This document shows, in pieces, positions 7,977 to 15,938 of a stretch of DNA of 32,000 nucleotides (its first letter is position 1; the number at the start of each line of letters is the position of its first letter). Location: NCBI GenBank assembly GCA_000830275.1, contig CP010424.1:930001-962000 (forward strand), written 5' to 3'. The DNA comes from an archaeon GW2011_AR10 (GTDB taxonomy: Archaea > Iainarchaeota > Iainarchaeia > Iainarchaeales > GW2011-AR10). A program made the translations under genes and the position numbers. The notes under the pieces are model-generated. The model did no database searches. It was not told where the DNA came from and saw only the letters and a list, made by a program, of their open reading frames with translations.

Positions 7977-8636
7977 ATGGAGAAACAGAAAGAAGGGAGA
8001 GGGCCAAAACGTGAAAAGGCAGAAAAGAAAAATAGGCTGAGTGCTGAAGAAATAATGGATTTGCTCACCGAGCAGAAAAAAACCGACCGGAAAATAAAAG
8101 AAGAACTTGAGGGCATGGGGAAAAGCTTTGTTGCGCTGATCCTGATTCGGCCGGAAAAATACCAGCTGGTTAGGGGCAGCCTGCTGAAGTTTTTTTCAGG
8201 AAAAGAAAACCTGCCGGGAATTTTTGTCACAACAAATATGCCATACGGCAAGCTTGTTGAAGAGCTGGAAAAACAGGGAACCAGAACAGACAAAATCAAG
8301 TTCATTGACTTAATTTCAAGAATTGGCTCTTACAGCGTTAAAGAAAACATAAACGCAGACTTTTTGGAGGCGCCAACTGAGTTAACGGAACTAATGCTTT
8401 CAATCGAAAAATCCGCAAAACAGATTCATGGAAAAAAGTTTTTGATAATTGACTCGGTTTCAACTTTGCTGATTTACAATGAAGCCCCCACAATTGAAAA
8501 ATTCGTTCACTCCCTAATCGGAAAGCTGTCCACAGAAGAAACAAAAACCGCGCTGCTGGTGTCAGAATCCGAGGAAACAAAAGCAATAGTGCATACAATA
8601 AGCCACTTCTGCGACAAAGTGGTTAGAGTGCAATGA
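7977..8636 (+). CDS. Degenerate KaiC/RecA-like protein without a Walker A motif, 219 aa
   Basis: It follows the canonical KaiC-like gene by 10 nt, with GAGGTG 6 nt upstream of the ATG. It keeps a Walker-B-like KKFLIIDSVSTLLIY and the overall length and pattern of a KaiC domain (PGIFVTTNMPYGKLVEELEKQG...IKFIDLIS). I found no GxxxxGK[ST] anywhere in the translation. Confidence 0.6.
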   Translation: MEKQKEGRGPKREKAEKKNRLSAEEIMDLLTEQKKTDRKIKEELEGMGKSFVALILIRPEKYQLVRGSLLKFFSGKENLPGIFVTTNMPYGKLVEELEKQGTRTDKIKFIDLISRIGSYSVKENINADFLEAPTELTELMLSIEKSAKQIHGKKFLIIDSVSTLLIYNEAPTIEKFVHSLIGKLSTEETKTALLVSESEETKAIVHTISHFCDKVVRVQ

Positions 8637-8656
8637 CGGCAACCGGTTTTAGAGCA

Positions 8657-9964
8657 TTAAACCCTGATTATTACTTTTTCGTTTAAGAGCTCTTCAAGCG
8701 ATTTCTCCAGAGAAGCCTTAAATTCAAGAATCTCGGAATACTTTCTTTCGCTTTTTGACTCAAGAGAGTTGACAAGGGACTGCTTTTCCTCAAGTTCCCT
8801 GACAGCAGCATCAATTTCTTTATTCACGGTATCAATTTGCTGGCTGATTGCCAAACCAGACAACTCTTTTTCAACCTCGTTTATTTTGGCGTCAATAGAG
8901 TTGAGCTTCCAGAAAATTTCGTCAAAAAAATTGAACTCAATTAATTCATCCAAATCCCTTAAACGCTTGACCTTCTCTTTCTCCTTCAAAGCAATTGAGT
9001 CGTCTTTCACCAAGCCTTTAACATCACCCAAAAGCTTCTTCAGCACAGCGCCCTTTGGGTCAGATTTAAGGGCAATGAATGGGTTCTGAACATAGAGGCG
9101 CAACAGGTTCTTATCCCGTTCCTCCACTGGAAAGCTTCCGGAGCCAGCCAGCTTAAGGAACCTGCTCAAAGGCTTTTCAACCCTGCCAAGCAAAGAAATG
9201 AATGAGTCCTTCAGGTTTTTCTTTTCAGCTACAAGCCTGGCTTTCTCCTTAAACAGCCTGCTGATTTTCTCAGATTCCTCTGATTCCTGGAGGAAAAGCA
9301 ATTCCTTCCTCAAAGAAGAAAATTTGGAGGAAATGCCTGAAAGAAGTGCTTTTTCCTCCTTCAGATTGGTTTCAAGCTCGCTTTTCTCGTTTATCAGGAG
9401 CCGAATTTTTTCTGTTCCGGAAAGAACAGCTGAGCCCCTGTGCATTGAACTTTTCAAGAACAAATCCTTCAGCTCAGAAAAAACCCTGTTTAGCTCCTTA
9501 ATAATAATTCCAATGCGCTGAATCTCCTCCTTCAAAACAGTTCCAGCATAAACAATGCTCTTACGAGAGGAAAATATTTCCCGGTTAATTAAAGCAAAAG
9601 AGTCAACGGAGTAAGCGCGCAAAACTGAAAGGTTGGTTGAGGACGGCACTTCCAGCTTTTCGGCCAGTGCACTCAACTGCTGAACAAGGTTTGAGTGAGC
9701 AGATGAAGCTATTTTACGCAAACGAAGGTTTCCTTCCTCGGTAGAAATCTGTTTGCGCTTAAGCAACTCAACCTCTGACTTAAGCTCGTTCCGCAAATGC
9801 TTTACCTCGGCAAGCCTTGAAAGAACCTGCCTCTCAAGCCCAACTGCCTCACTTTTTGTTTTCCCCCCAATGAAGGAATCGAGGTTTTCAACCTCCACAA
9901 CCACTACCTTTTTTTCCTTCCTTCCAAAACCAAAAAGTTTTTTCAGAAAATCTATGAAACCCAT
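8657..9964 (-). CDS. Long coiled-coil protein with an N-terminal amphipathic helix (435 aa from ATG 9964; the track ORF starts at TTG 9973)
   Basis: The N-terminus MGFIDFLKKLFGFGRKEKK is followed by about 400 aa of E/K/L/S-rich heptad-like sequence. A TATA-like TTTATTATTTT (9990-10000, minus strand) is centred about 31 nt upstream of ATG 9964. Confidence 0.7.
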   Translation of the reverse strand: MGFIDFLKKLFGFGRKEKKVVVVEVENLDSFIGGKTKSEAVGLERQVLSRLAEVKHLRNELKSEVELLKRKQISTEEGNLRLRKIASSAHSNLVQQLSALAEKLEVPSSTNLSVLRAYSVDSFALINREIFSSRKSIVYAGTVLKEEIQRIGIIIKELNRVFSELKDLFLKSSMHRGSAVLSGTEKIRLLINEKSELETNLKEEKALLSGISSKFSSLRKELLFLQESEESEKISRLFKEKARLVAEKKNLKDSFISLLGRVEKPLSRFLKLAGSGSFPVEERDKNLLRLYVQNPFIALKSDPKGAVLKKLLGDVKGLVKDDSIALKEKEKVKRLRDLDELIEFNFFDEIFWKLNSIDAKINEVEKELSGLAISQQIDTVNKEIDAAVRELEEKQSLVNSLESKSERKYSEILEFKASLEKSLEELLNEKVIIRV

Positions 9965-10077
9965 GGCTCTCAAATAAGTTTCAGCGAGAAAAATAATAAA
10001 TGATAGCGGAAGCCAAAGTTTTTATAGAAGTGGGTTGACTAAAAGCGTTTTGGCACCGGAAGCTGGCCGGAAAAGGG

Positions 10078-10085
10078 TTTAAAAG
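10078..10085 (+). promoter_or_regulatory. TATA box (TTTAAAAG) for the RecJ-like gene
   Basis: Centred about 28 nt upstream of ATG 10109. Confidence 0.5.
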
Positions 10086-10108
10086 GTGCCTTACAGCAAT
10101 TCAATTAA

Positions 10109-11524
10109 ATGCAGGAAAGAAACGAGGCGCGCTTCAAGGAAAAGGCAGCGGAACTGGCTGAATGGGTAAAGGCAAAAAACCATTTCCTGCTGGTTTACAA
10201 CCATGACGCTGACGGCATCAGTTCAGGAGCAATAACTGCAACTGCGCTTAAACGGATTGGGAAAAGTTTTTCATCAAAGCCGCTTAAACAGCTTTACAAA
10301 GAAGAAATAGAGAAACTGAAGGGAAAAGCGGAAAACTTTATTTTCGTTGACTTTGGTTCCGGGCAGCTGGGGGAACTAAAAAAAGCGTTTAAAACCAGCT
10401 TTGCTGTTGTTGACCACCACCAGACAAAAGAAGAAGAGTTTAAGCTGCATTTGAATCCGATGCTGTTTGGCGTTGACGGAGGCAGTGAAATTTCAGCTGC
10501 AGGCACATGCTACGTGCTCGCAACAGCAATTGATGAAAAAAACAGTGACCTTGCAGCTTTAGCAATTGTCGGAGCGGTTGGGGACATGCAGGAATCAGGC
10601 GGCGCACTGCAAGGATTCAACAGAAAAATCCTGCAGGAAGGAATTGAGGCAGGCGTGCTTGAAAAAAAAACCGATTTAAGGCTTTATGGAAGGGTTTCAA
10701 GACCTTTAGTGCAGTTCCTGCAGTTTTCAACTAATCCAATTATTCCAATGCTAACCGGAAGCGAGGAAAAATGCATCAAGTTCCTTTCAGCGAACGGGAT
10801 TGAATTAAAGCAGGGAGAAAAGTGGCGCAGCTACAACGACTTAAGCGGGGAAGAAAAAAAGAAACTGGCATCTGCACTCATAGTGCACATGCATTCATTC
10901 AACGTTGAGGAATGGAAAATAAAGGAATTAATAGGGGAAGTTTACACTCTTCCAAAAGAAAAAAGCGAAACCCCTTTAAGTGACGCAAAAGAGTTTGCCA
11001 CAGTCCTCAATTCTTGCGGACGGCACTCGAAAGCAGAAACCGCACTAAAAGTGTGCATGGGAAACAGAAAAGAAGCTTACACTGAAGCGCTTGTACTGCT
11101 TGCAGAGCACAGGAAACAGTTGAGGGAAGGAATCGAGTTAATGCAGCAAAAAGGCTTGGAGGAAAAAGAGCACTTCTATTTTTTTGATACAGGAAACAAA
11201 ATAAAGGATTCAATCATTGGCATTGTTGCCGGAATGATTTACTCCTCGCAGACAGTTGCACCTATAAAGCCAATTATCGCATTGAGCAGAACAGATGACG
11301 GTGACATCAAGGCAAGCGGAAGAGCAACCAGCGAACTTACAAGAAGAGGCCTTAACCTGGGAAAAATCTTCAAGGAAATGGAGAAAGAAATAGGGAAAGG
11401 ATTAGAAGGCGGCGGCCACCGAATTGCTGCCGGAGTAAAGTTCAGGGAAGAACTCAGGGAAGAGTTTCTGGAAAAATTGGACAAAAAAATAGGGGAACAG
11501 CTTGCAGGCAAAATATATAAATGA
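10109..11524 (+). CDS. recJ: DHH/DHHA1 phosphoesterase, archaeal RecJ/GAN (Cdc45-like) family
   Basis: Motifs are LLVYNHDADGISSGA (DHH motif I/II), AVVDHHQ (DHH motif III) and GGGHRIAAG (DHHA1 GGGH motif). Confidence 0.85.
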   Translation: MQERNEARFKEKAAELAEWVKAKNHFLLVYNHDADGISSGAITATALKRIGKSFSSKPLKQLYKEEIEKLKGKAENFIFVDFGSGQLGELKKAFKTSFAVVDHHQTKEEEFKLHLNPMLFGVDGGSEISAAGTCYVLATAIDEKNSDLAALAIVGAVGDMQESGGALQGFNRKILQEGIEAGVLEKKTDLRLYGRVSRPLVQFLQFSTNPIIPMLTGSEEKCIKFLSANGIELKQGEKWRSYNDLSGEEKKKLASALIVHMHSFNVEEWKIKELIGEVYTLPKEKSETPLSDAKEFATVLNSCGRHSKAETALKVCMGNRKEAYTEALVLLAEHRKQLREGIELMQQKGLEEKEHFYFFDTGNKIKDSIIGIVAGMIYSSQTVAPIKPIIALSRTDDGDIKASGRATSELTRRGLNLGKIFKEMEKEIGKGLEGGGHRIAAGVKFREELREEFLEKLDKKIGEQLAGKIYK

Positions 11525-11542
11525 GTGGCTGAATAGTTTCTT

Positions 11543-12127
11543 ATGGACCGCTACATTTTAATCATTGCGGGAGTAGCGATTGTAACAGCAGTAACGCTCA
11601 TAGCAGCGTTCGGCTCAACCCTGTCATCAGGCACCTTTGATGCAAAAACTGCCTTCGTTTCCCTGATTACGGCTGACAACTTGGATGAAGCAGAGAAAAC
11701 ATACTTTGACGAAAGCGGGAAACTAAAGCAGGAGTACTTGCAGGAAATAAACAAAAACACTGACAAGGTCCCTGAAATGCTGTTTGACTTGTTCGGCTCT
11801 GACAGGATAAACATTCACGTCATCAGAGCAAGCGGTGAGGAAAAACAGTACAGCGCAATTACAAAGAACAGAAAACTTGTTGATTTCAGAAAAGGGCTGC
11901 TGGAAGACGCAGAAATAAGGGTTGAAGTCAAAGAAGAACTAATTGAAAAAATCTTCCAATCACAAAGACCTGTTGAAGCCTTCCTCAATGCATTTGAATC
12001 AGGCGAAATAAAGTACGAGGGCATAACCCAAGCAGGAAAAATAAAGGAAACCACAGTAAATGTAACTACAAGCGTTATGAGCATTGCCCAAAAAGTGTAC
12101 AGCTTCTTTGCAGGAATATTCGGTTAA
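11543..12127 (+). CDS. Membrane-anchored hypothetical protein with an SCP2-like (lipid-carrier) C-terminal pattern
   Basis: One N-terminal TM segment, ILIIAGVAIVTAVTLIAAF. The C-terminal half reads INIHVIRASGEEKQYSAITKNRKLVDFRKGLLEDAEIRVEVKEELIEKIFQSQRPVEAFLNAFESGEIKYEG. By eye this parallels the SCP2 signature (...ADcTitm..dfl.l..Gk.np..Aff.GklkieGn). Confidence 0.6.
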   Translation: MDRYILIIAGVAIVTAVTLIAAFGSTLSSGTFDAKTAFVSLITADNLDEAEKTYFDESGKLKQEYLQEINKNTDKVPEMLFDLFGSDRINIHVIRASGEEKQYSAITKNRKLVDFRKGLLEDAEIRVEVKEELIEKIFQSQRPVEAFLNAFESGEIKYEGITQAGKIKETTVNVTTSVMSIAQKVYSFFAGIFG

Positions 12128-14787
12128 ACATCTTCAAAATATGTTTTTCTTTTTTCCTTTAACGCTGCCTGCGCTGCAGCAAGCCTTGCAATTGGAACCC
12201 TGAAAGGAGAGCAGGAAACATAATCCAGCCCGGCAGAATGGCAGAACTCGACACTGGAAGGTTCTCCTCCATGCTCCCCGCATATTCCTACCCTTAGATT
12301 CTTCCTCGCGCCCCTGCCTTTTTTCACTGCAATCCTAACCAATTCGCCAACTCCCTCTCTGTCAAGAACCTGAAAAGGGTCCTCTTGAAGAATTCCTTTC
12401 TCAATGTAAGAGGGAATGAATTTTCCGGCATCATCCCTGCTGTACCCAAAAGTTGTCTGGGTTAAGTCGTTTGTGCCAAAGGAAAAAAATTCGGCGAACT
12501 CAGCAATTTTGTCGGCAGTGAGGCAAGCGCGCGGCAGTTCCATCATTACCCCAACGTGAAACTTCACTTTGCGGTTCTTTTCCTTGAACACTTTTCCAGC
12601 TGTTCTCTCAACCAGTTCCTTCATTGACCTCATTTCCTCAACCGAGGCAACAACAGGAATCATTATTTCTGGCACTGGCTCAAAGCCCTGGTTTTTTGCT
12701 TCAATTGCTGCTTCAAGAATTGCAGTAACCTGCATTTCGCTTATTTCAGGGAAAACTATGCCCAGCCTTACGCCGCGAAAACCAAGCATTGGGTTGAACT
12801 CATTCAAGGCAGAGAGCGTATCATGGATTTTTCCAACAGAAACACCCATTTCTTTCGCAATTTCAGCTATTTCTTTTTCTTCTTTTGGCAGGAACTCGTG
12901 CAATGGCGGGTCAAGCAACCTAATGTTCACAGGCAGGCCGCTCATTGCCTTGAATATGCCAAAAAAATCCTTTTTCTGGAAGGGAAGGATTTTTGCAAGA
13001 GCCTTTCTCCTCTGCTCAGGAGCATCAGACAAAATCATTTCACGCATTGCCCTAATCCTGTCCTCCGCAAAAAACATGTGCTCGGTTCTCGCAAGGCCAA
13101 TTCCTTTGGCGCCGAACTCTCTTGCCCTCTTTGAGTCTTCTGGAGTGTCAGCATTTGTCCTAACAGCCAATCTGCTGAAAGAATCAGCCCACACAAGAAG
13201 AGTTTTTATGTCACCACCGAATTCCGCTTCAACAAGTGGAAGCCTGCCAAGAAATACCTCTCCTGTTCCGCCATCCAAAGAAACCCAGTCAAGCTCTTTT
13301 ACAACAATGTTTTTTTTCTGAACACTGAACTGCTTTAAGGATTCGCTAACAGCAATGTCGTTGCTTCCAGCAACACAGCACTTGCCCATGCCCCTCGCAA
13401 CGACTGCAGCGTGACTTGTACTTCCCCCTCTCGCAGTTAGAATTCCTTGCGCTGCATTCATTCCCTCAATGTCCTCTGGGCTGGTTTCATTCCTTACGAG
13501 AATAACTTTTTCGCCTTTGCTGCTTAACTCTGCTGCACGGTCAGCGGTGAAAACCACCATGCCTATTGCTGCGCCGGGAGAAGCCGCAATTCCGCTTGCA
13601 ATCAACCCTGCTTTCTCTTTTGCTTTCGGGTCAAGCTGCTTGTGAAGAAGCTGGTCAAGCTGGATTGGCTTAATGCGGAGCACTGCCTCTTGCCTTGAAA
13701 TGAGCTTTTCCTCCACCATGTCAACTGCAACCTTAACCGCTGCCTGCGCGGTTCTTTTTCCGCTTCTTGTTTGAAGCATGAAGAGCTTTCCCTTCTCGAA
13801 AGTGAACTCAAAGTCCTGCAAGTCACGGTAATGCCTCTCCAGCTTGCCGTAAATCCCCACAAGCTCCTTGTAAACCTTCGGGTTGGTTTTCCTCATTTCG
13901 TCAATCTGCTTCGGGGTCCTAATTCCTGCAACAACGTCTTCGCCTTGCGCGTTTACAAGGAACTCGCCATAATGCTCTTTTGCTCCCGTAGCCGGGTTTC
14001 TAGTAAAAGAAACGCCGGTGCCTGAATCATTGCCCATGTTGCCGAAAACCATTGCCTGAACGCTGACACCAGTGCCTGCATCGTTGCGCAACTTATTGAT
14101 GCGCCTGTAGCTGACAGCCCTTGGAGTATTCCAGGAAAGGAAAACCGCGTTAACGCCCATTTCAAGCTGCTTCCAAGGCTCCTGAGGAAACATGGTTCCT
14201 TTCTCTTTCCTTACAATTTCTTTGTACTTTTGCACAACATCCCTTAAGTGCTCAACAGTTAAATCAGTGTCAAACTTTGCTCCGGCTTTTTCCTTCACTT
14301 TGTCAAGCGCAGCCTCGAATTTCGAGTGAGGAACCCCCATTACAACGTCGCCAAACATGTTAATGAAGCGCCTGTAAGAATCGAGTGCAGCGCACGGGTT
14401 TTTTGTTAATTTCGCAAAAGCCTCAACCGTTTCATCGTTCATGCCGAGGTTAAGCACAGTATCCATCATTCCCGGCATTGAAACATAGGAACCTGATCTC
14501 ACTGAAACAAACAAAGGGTTTTTAACAGAACCAAACTTTTTACCGGTTTTTTTCTCGAGTTTTACCAAAGCAGTTTTGACCTGCACACCAAGACCATTGG
14601 GCCACTTTTTGCCGGAACCATAAAATTTGTTGCAGGCTTCAGTGCTTATAATGAAGCCATAGGGAACATTCAGGCCAGCGTTAGTCATTTCAGCTAACTG
14701 CGCACCCTTGTTGCCTAGCAAAAACAAGGATGACTCGGAGTTAGGGTTCCTGGTTTCATCAAACATGAAGACATACTTTTTCTGCAT
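12124..14787 (-). CDS. ppdK: Pyruvate, phosphate dikinase
   Basis: 887 aa. The N-terminus is LLGNKGAQLAEMTNAGLNVPYGFIISTEAC. The phospho-His loop is GGSTSHAAVVARGMGKCCVAG. The C-terminal PEP-utilising TIM barrel carries FFSFGTNDLTQ and RVGICGEHGG. Confidence 0.95.
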   Translation of the reverse strand: MQKKYVFMFDETRNPNSESSLFLLGNKGAQLAEMTNAGLNVPYGFIISTEACNKFYGSGKKWPNGLGVQVKTALVKLEKKTGKKFGSVKNPLFVSVRSGSYVSMPGMMDTVLNLGMNDETVEAFAKLTKNPCAALDSYRRFINMFGDVVMGVPHSKFEAALDKVKEKAGAKFDTDLTVEHLRDVVQKYKEIVRKEKGTMFPQEPWKQLEMGVNAVFLSWNTPRAVSYRRINKLRNDAGTGVSVQAMVFGNMGNDSGTGVSFTRNPATGAKEHYGEFLVNAQGEDVVAGIRTPKQIDEMRKTNPKVYKELVGIYGKLERHYRDLQDFEFTFEKGKLFMLQTRSGKRTAQAAVKVAVDMVEEKLISRQEAVLRIKPIQLDQLLHKQLDPKAKEKAGLIASGIAASPGAAIGMVVFTADRAAELSSKGEKVILVRNETSPEDIEGMNAAQGILTARGGSTSHAAVVARGMGKCCVAGSNDIAVSESLKQFSVQKKNIVVKELDWVSLDGGTGEVFLGRLPLVEAEFGGDIKTLLVWADSFSRLAVRTNADTPEDSKRAREFGAKGIGLARTEHMFFAEDRIRAMREMILSDAPEQRRKALAKILPFQKKDFFGIFKAMSGLPVNIRLLDPPLHEFLPKEEKEIAEIAKEMGVSVGKIHDTLSALNEFNPMLGFRGVRLGIVFPEISEMQVTAILEAAIEAKNQGFEPVPEIMIPVVASVEEMRSMKELVERTAGKVFKEKNRKVKFHVGVMMELPRACLTADKIAEFAEFFSFGTNDLTQTTFGYSRDDAGKFIPSYIEKGILQEDPFQVLDREGVGELVRIAVKKGRGARKNLRVGICGEHGGEPSSVEFCHSAGLDYVSCSPFRVPIARLAAAQAALKEKRKTYFEDV

Positions 14788-14894
14788 TAATCCACCTGAA
14801 AGGCCTTTTCTAAAATTAGAGTGAAAGGATTAAAAAAAAGTTCTTTAAGCAGAAAAAATTGCCTGCGCTCTGGAGCCCTGCAACCCTAGAACAG

Positions 14895-14902
14895 TTTTAA
14901 AG
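14895..14902 (+). promoter_or_regulatory. TATA box (TTTTAAAG) for the NAD kinase gene
   Basis: Centred about 28 nt upstream of ATG 14927. Confidence 0.5.
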
Positions 14903-14926
14903 CGGTTCCTGCAATTAAATCTATTA

Positions 14927-15697
14927 ATGAAAAAAATCAAGCGCATTGCTATTACTGGAAGAATTGCAAAAAGCACTGCTGTCAGTACAGCAAAAAAAGT
15001 TATCAAGTTATTGGAAAGAAAAAAAGTTGCATTCTGGGTGGATGAATTTTTCCCGGTGCAGAAAGAAGTGAAGCCGTTAAACAGCATTAAAGCAGACATG
15101 GTTTTGGTTTTTGGTGGAGACGGGACAATGCTGCACGCATTCCACGAACTGAAAAGAAACGTTCCGGTTTTAGGCATCAACTGTGGAGCAAGGGGAACAC
15201 TTATGGCTTTAACTGCTGCAAACGCGAAAAAAGAGCTATCCAAAATACTGAACGGAAAATACTCTTTGGAGAAACGTGGCAGGTTAAGGGTTGAAGTGGA
15301 TGGAAAGCTTGCGGAAGAAGCACTCAACGAAGTGATTATTGTGCCGAAAAAAGCAGGAAGGCTGCTTCACTACCATGTAAGGATTGATGGGCAGGATTTG
15401 GGAGAGGACGCAGATGACGGCTTGATAATTGCAACCCCAACAGGCAGCACTGCTCACGCGCTTTCAGCTGGCGGCCCAAAAGTAATGGGGAACGCAAAAG
15501 TTTTTGTGATAGTTAGAATGAACCCAATTGACTTGAACAGAAGGCCACTACTGGTTAATGACAACTCAAAAGTTGAGGTCTCAAGGTTCAGGGAAACCGA
15601 AATTGAAGCAATAATTGACGGGCAGCACAGATTTCCAGTAAAGAAAAAAATTGTTGCAAGGCGCGGAAAAGAGGTTACATTTGCACTAAAAAAATAA
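14927..15697 (+). CDS. nadK: NAD+ kinase
   Basis: Motifs are MVLVFGGDGTML (GGDG), NEVII and DGLIIATPTGSTAHALSAGGP. Confidence 0.9.
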   Translation: MKKIKRIAITGRIAKSTAVSTAKKVIKLLERKKVAFWVDEFFPVQKEVKPLNSIKADMVLVFGGDGTMLHAFHELKRNVPVLGINCGARGTLMALTAANAKKELSKILNGKYSLEKRGRLRVEVDGKLAEEALNEVIIVPKKAGRLLHYHVRIDGQDLGEDADDGLIIATPTGSTAHALSAGGPKVMGNAKVFVIVRMNPIDLNRRPLLVNDNSKVEVSRFRETEIEAIIDGQHRFPVKKKIVARRGKEVTFALKK

Positions 15698-15770
15698 TCG
15701 TCAAAAGACGTTTTTTACTGCGACATTTAACGAAACATTTAAATAGTGCCCTGAAGCCAATTATTAAACC

Positions 15771-15890
15771 ATGAGCACCTCAAAAATTCTGAAGGAAGGC
15801 GAAGCCAAAAAGAGGGCAAGAACGCAAATAGTTGAATCCTATCTTAAAAGGTTGACCCCAAAAAAATTTGAGAAACTCGTGTTTGGCTGA
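15771..15890 (+). CDS. Possible 39-aa micro-ORF (MSTSKILKEGEAKKRARTQIVESYLKRLTPKKFEKLVFG)
   Basis: Hand-translated; it falls below the length cutoff of the ORF track. TTTAAATA (15738-15745) is centred about 30 nt upstream of the ATG, the same leaderless geometry seen at other genes here. I recognised no family. Confidence 0.3.
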   Translation: MSTSKILKEGEAKKRARTQIVESYLKRLTPKKFEKLVFG

Positions 15891-15938
15891 ACTTGCTTAA
15901 TTTTAATTCTCCCCGCAATTCATTAGCTTGGTGAAAGC

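Noticed and set aside
12569-13321. 250-aa plus-strand ORF (and 12823-13134) inside the ppdK gene
   Set aside because: It is antisense to a full-length, motif-rich pyruvate phosphate dikinase, and its composition is low-complexity S/F-rich.
14845-15327. 160-aa minus-strand ORF overlapping the NAD kinase gene
   Set aside because: It is antisense to the nadK GGDG region and would also cover the nadK promoter. It has shadow-ORF composition.
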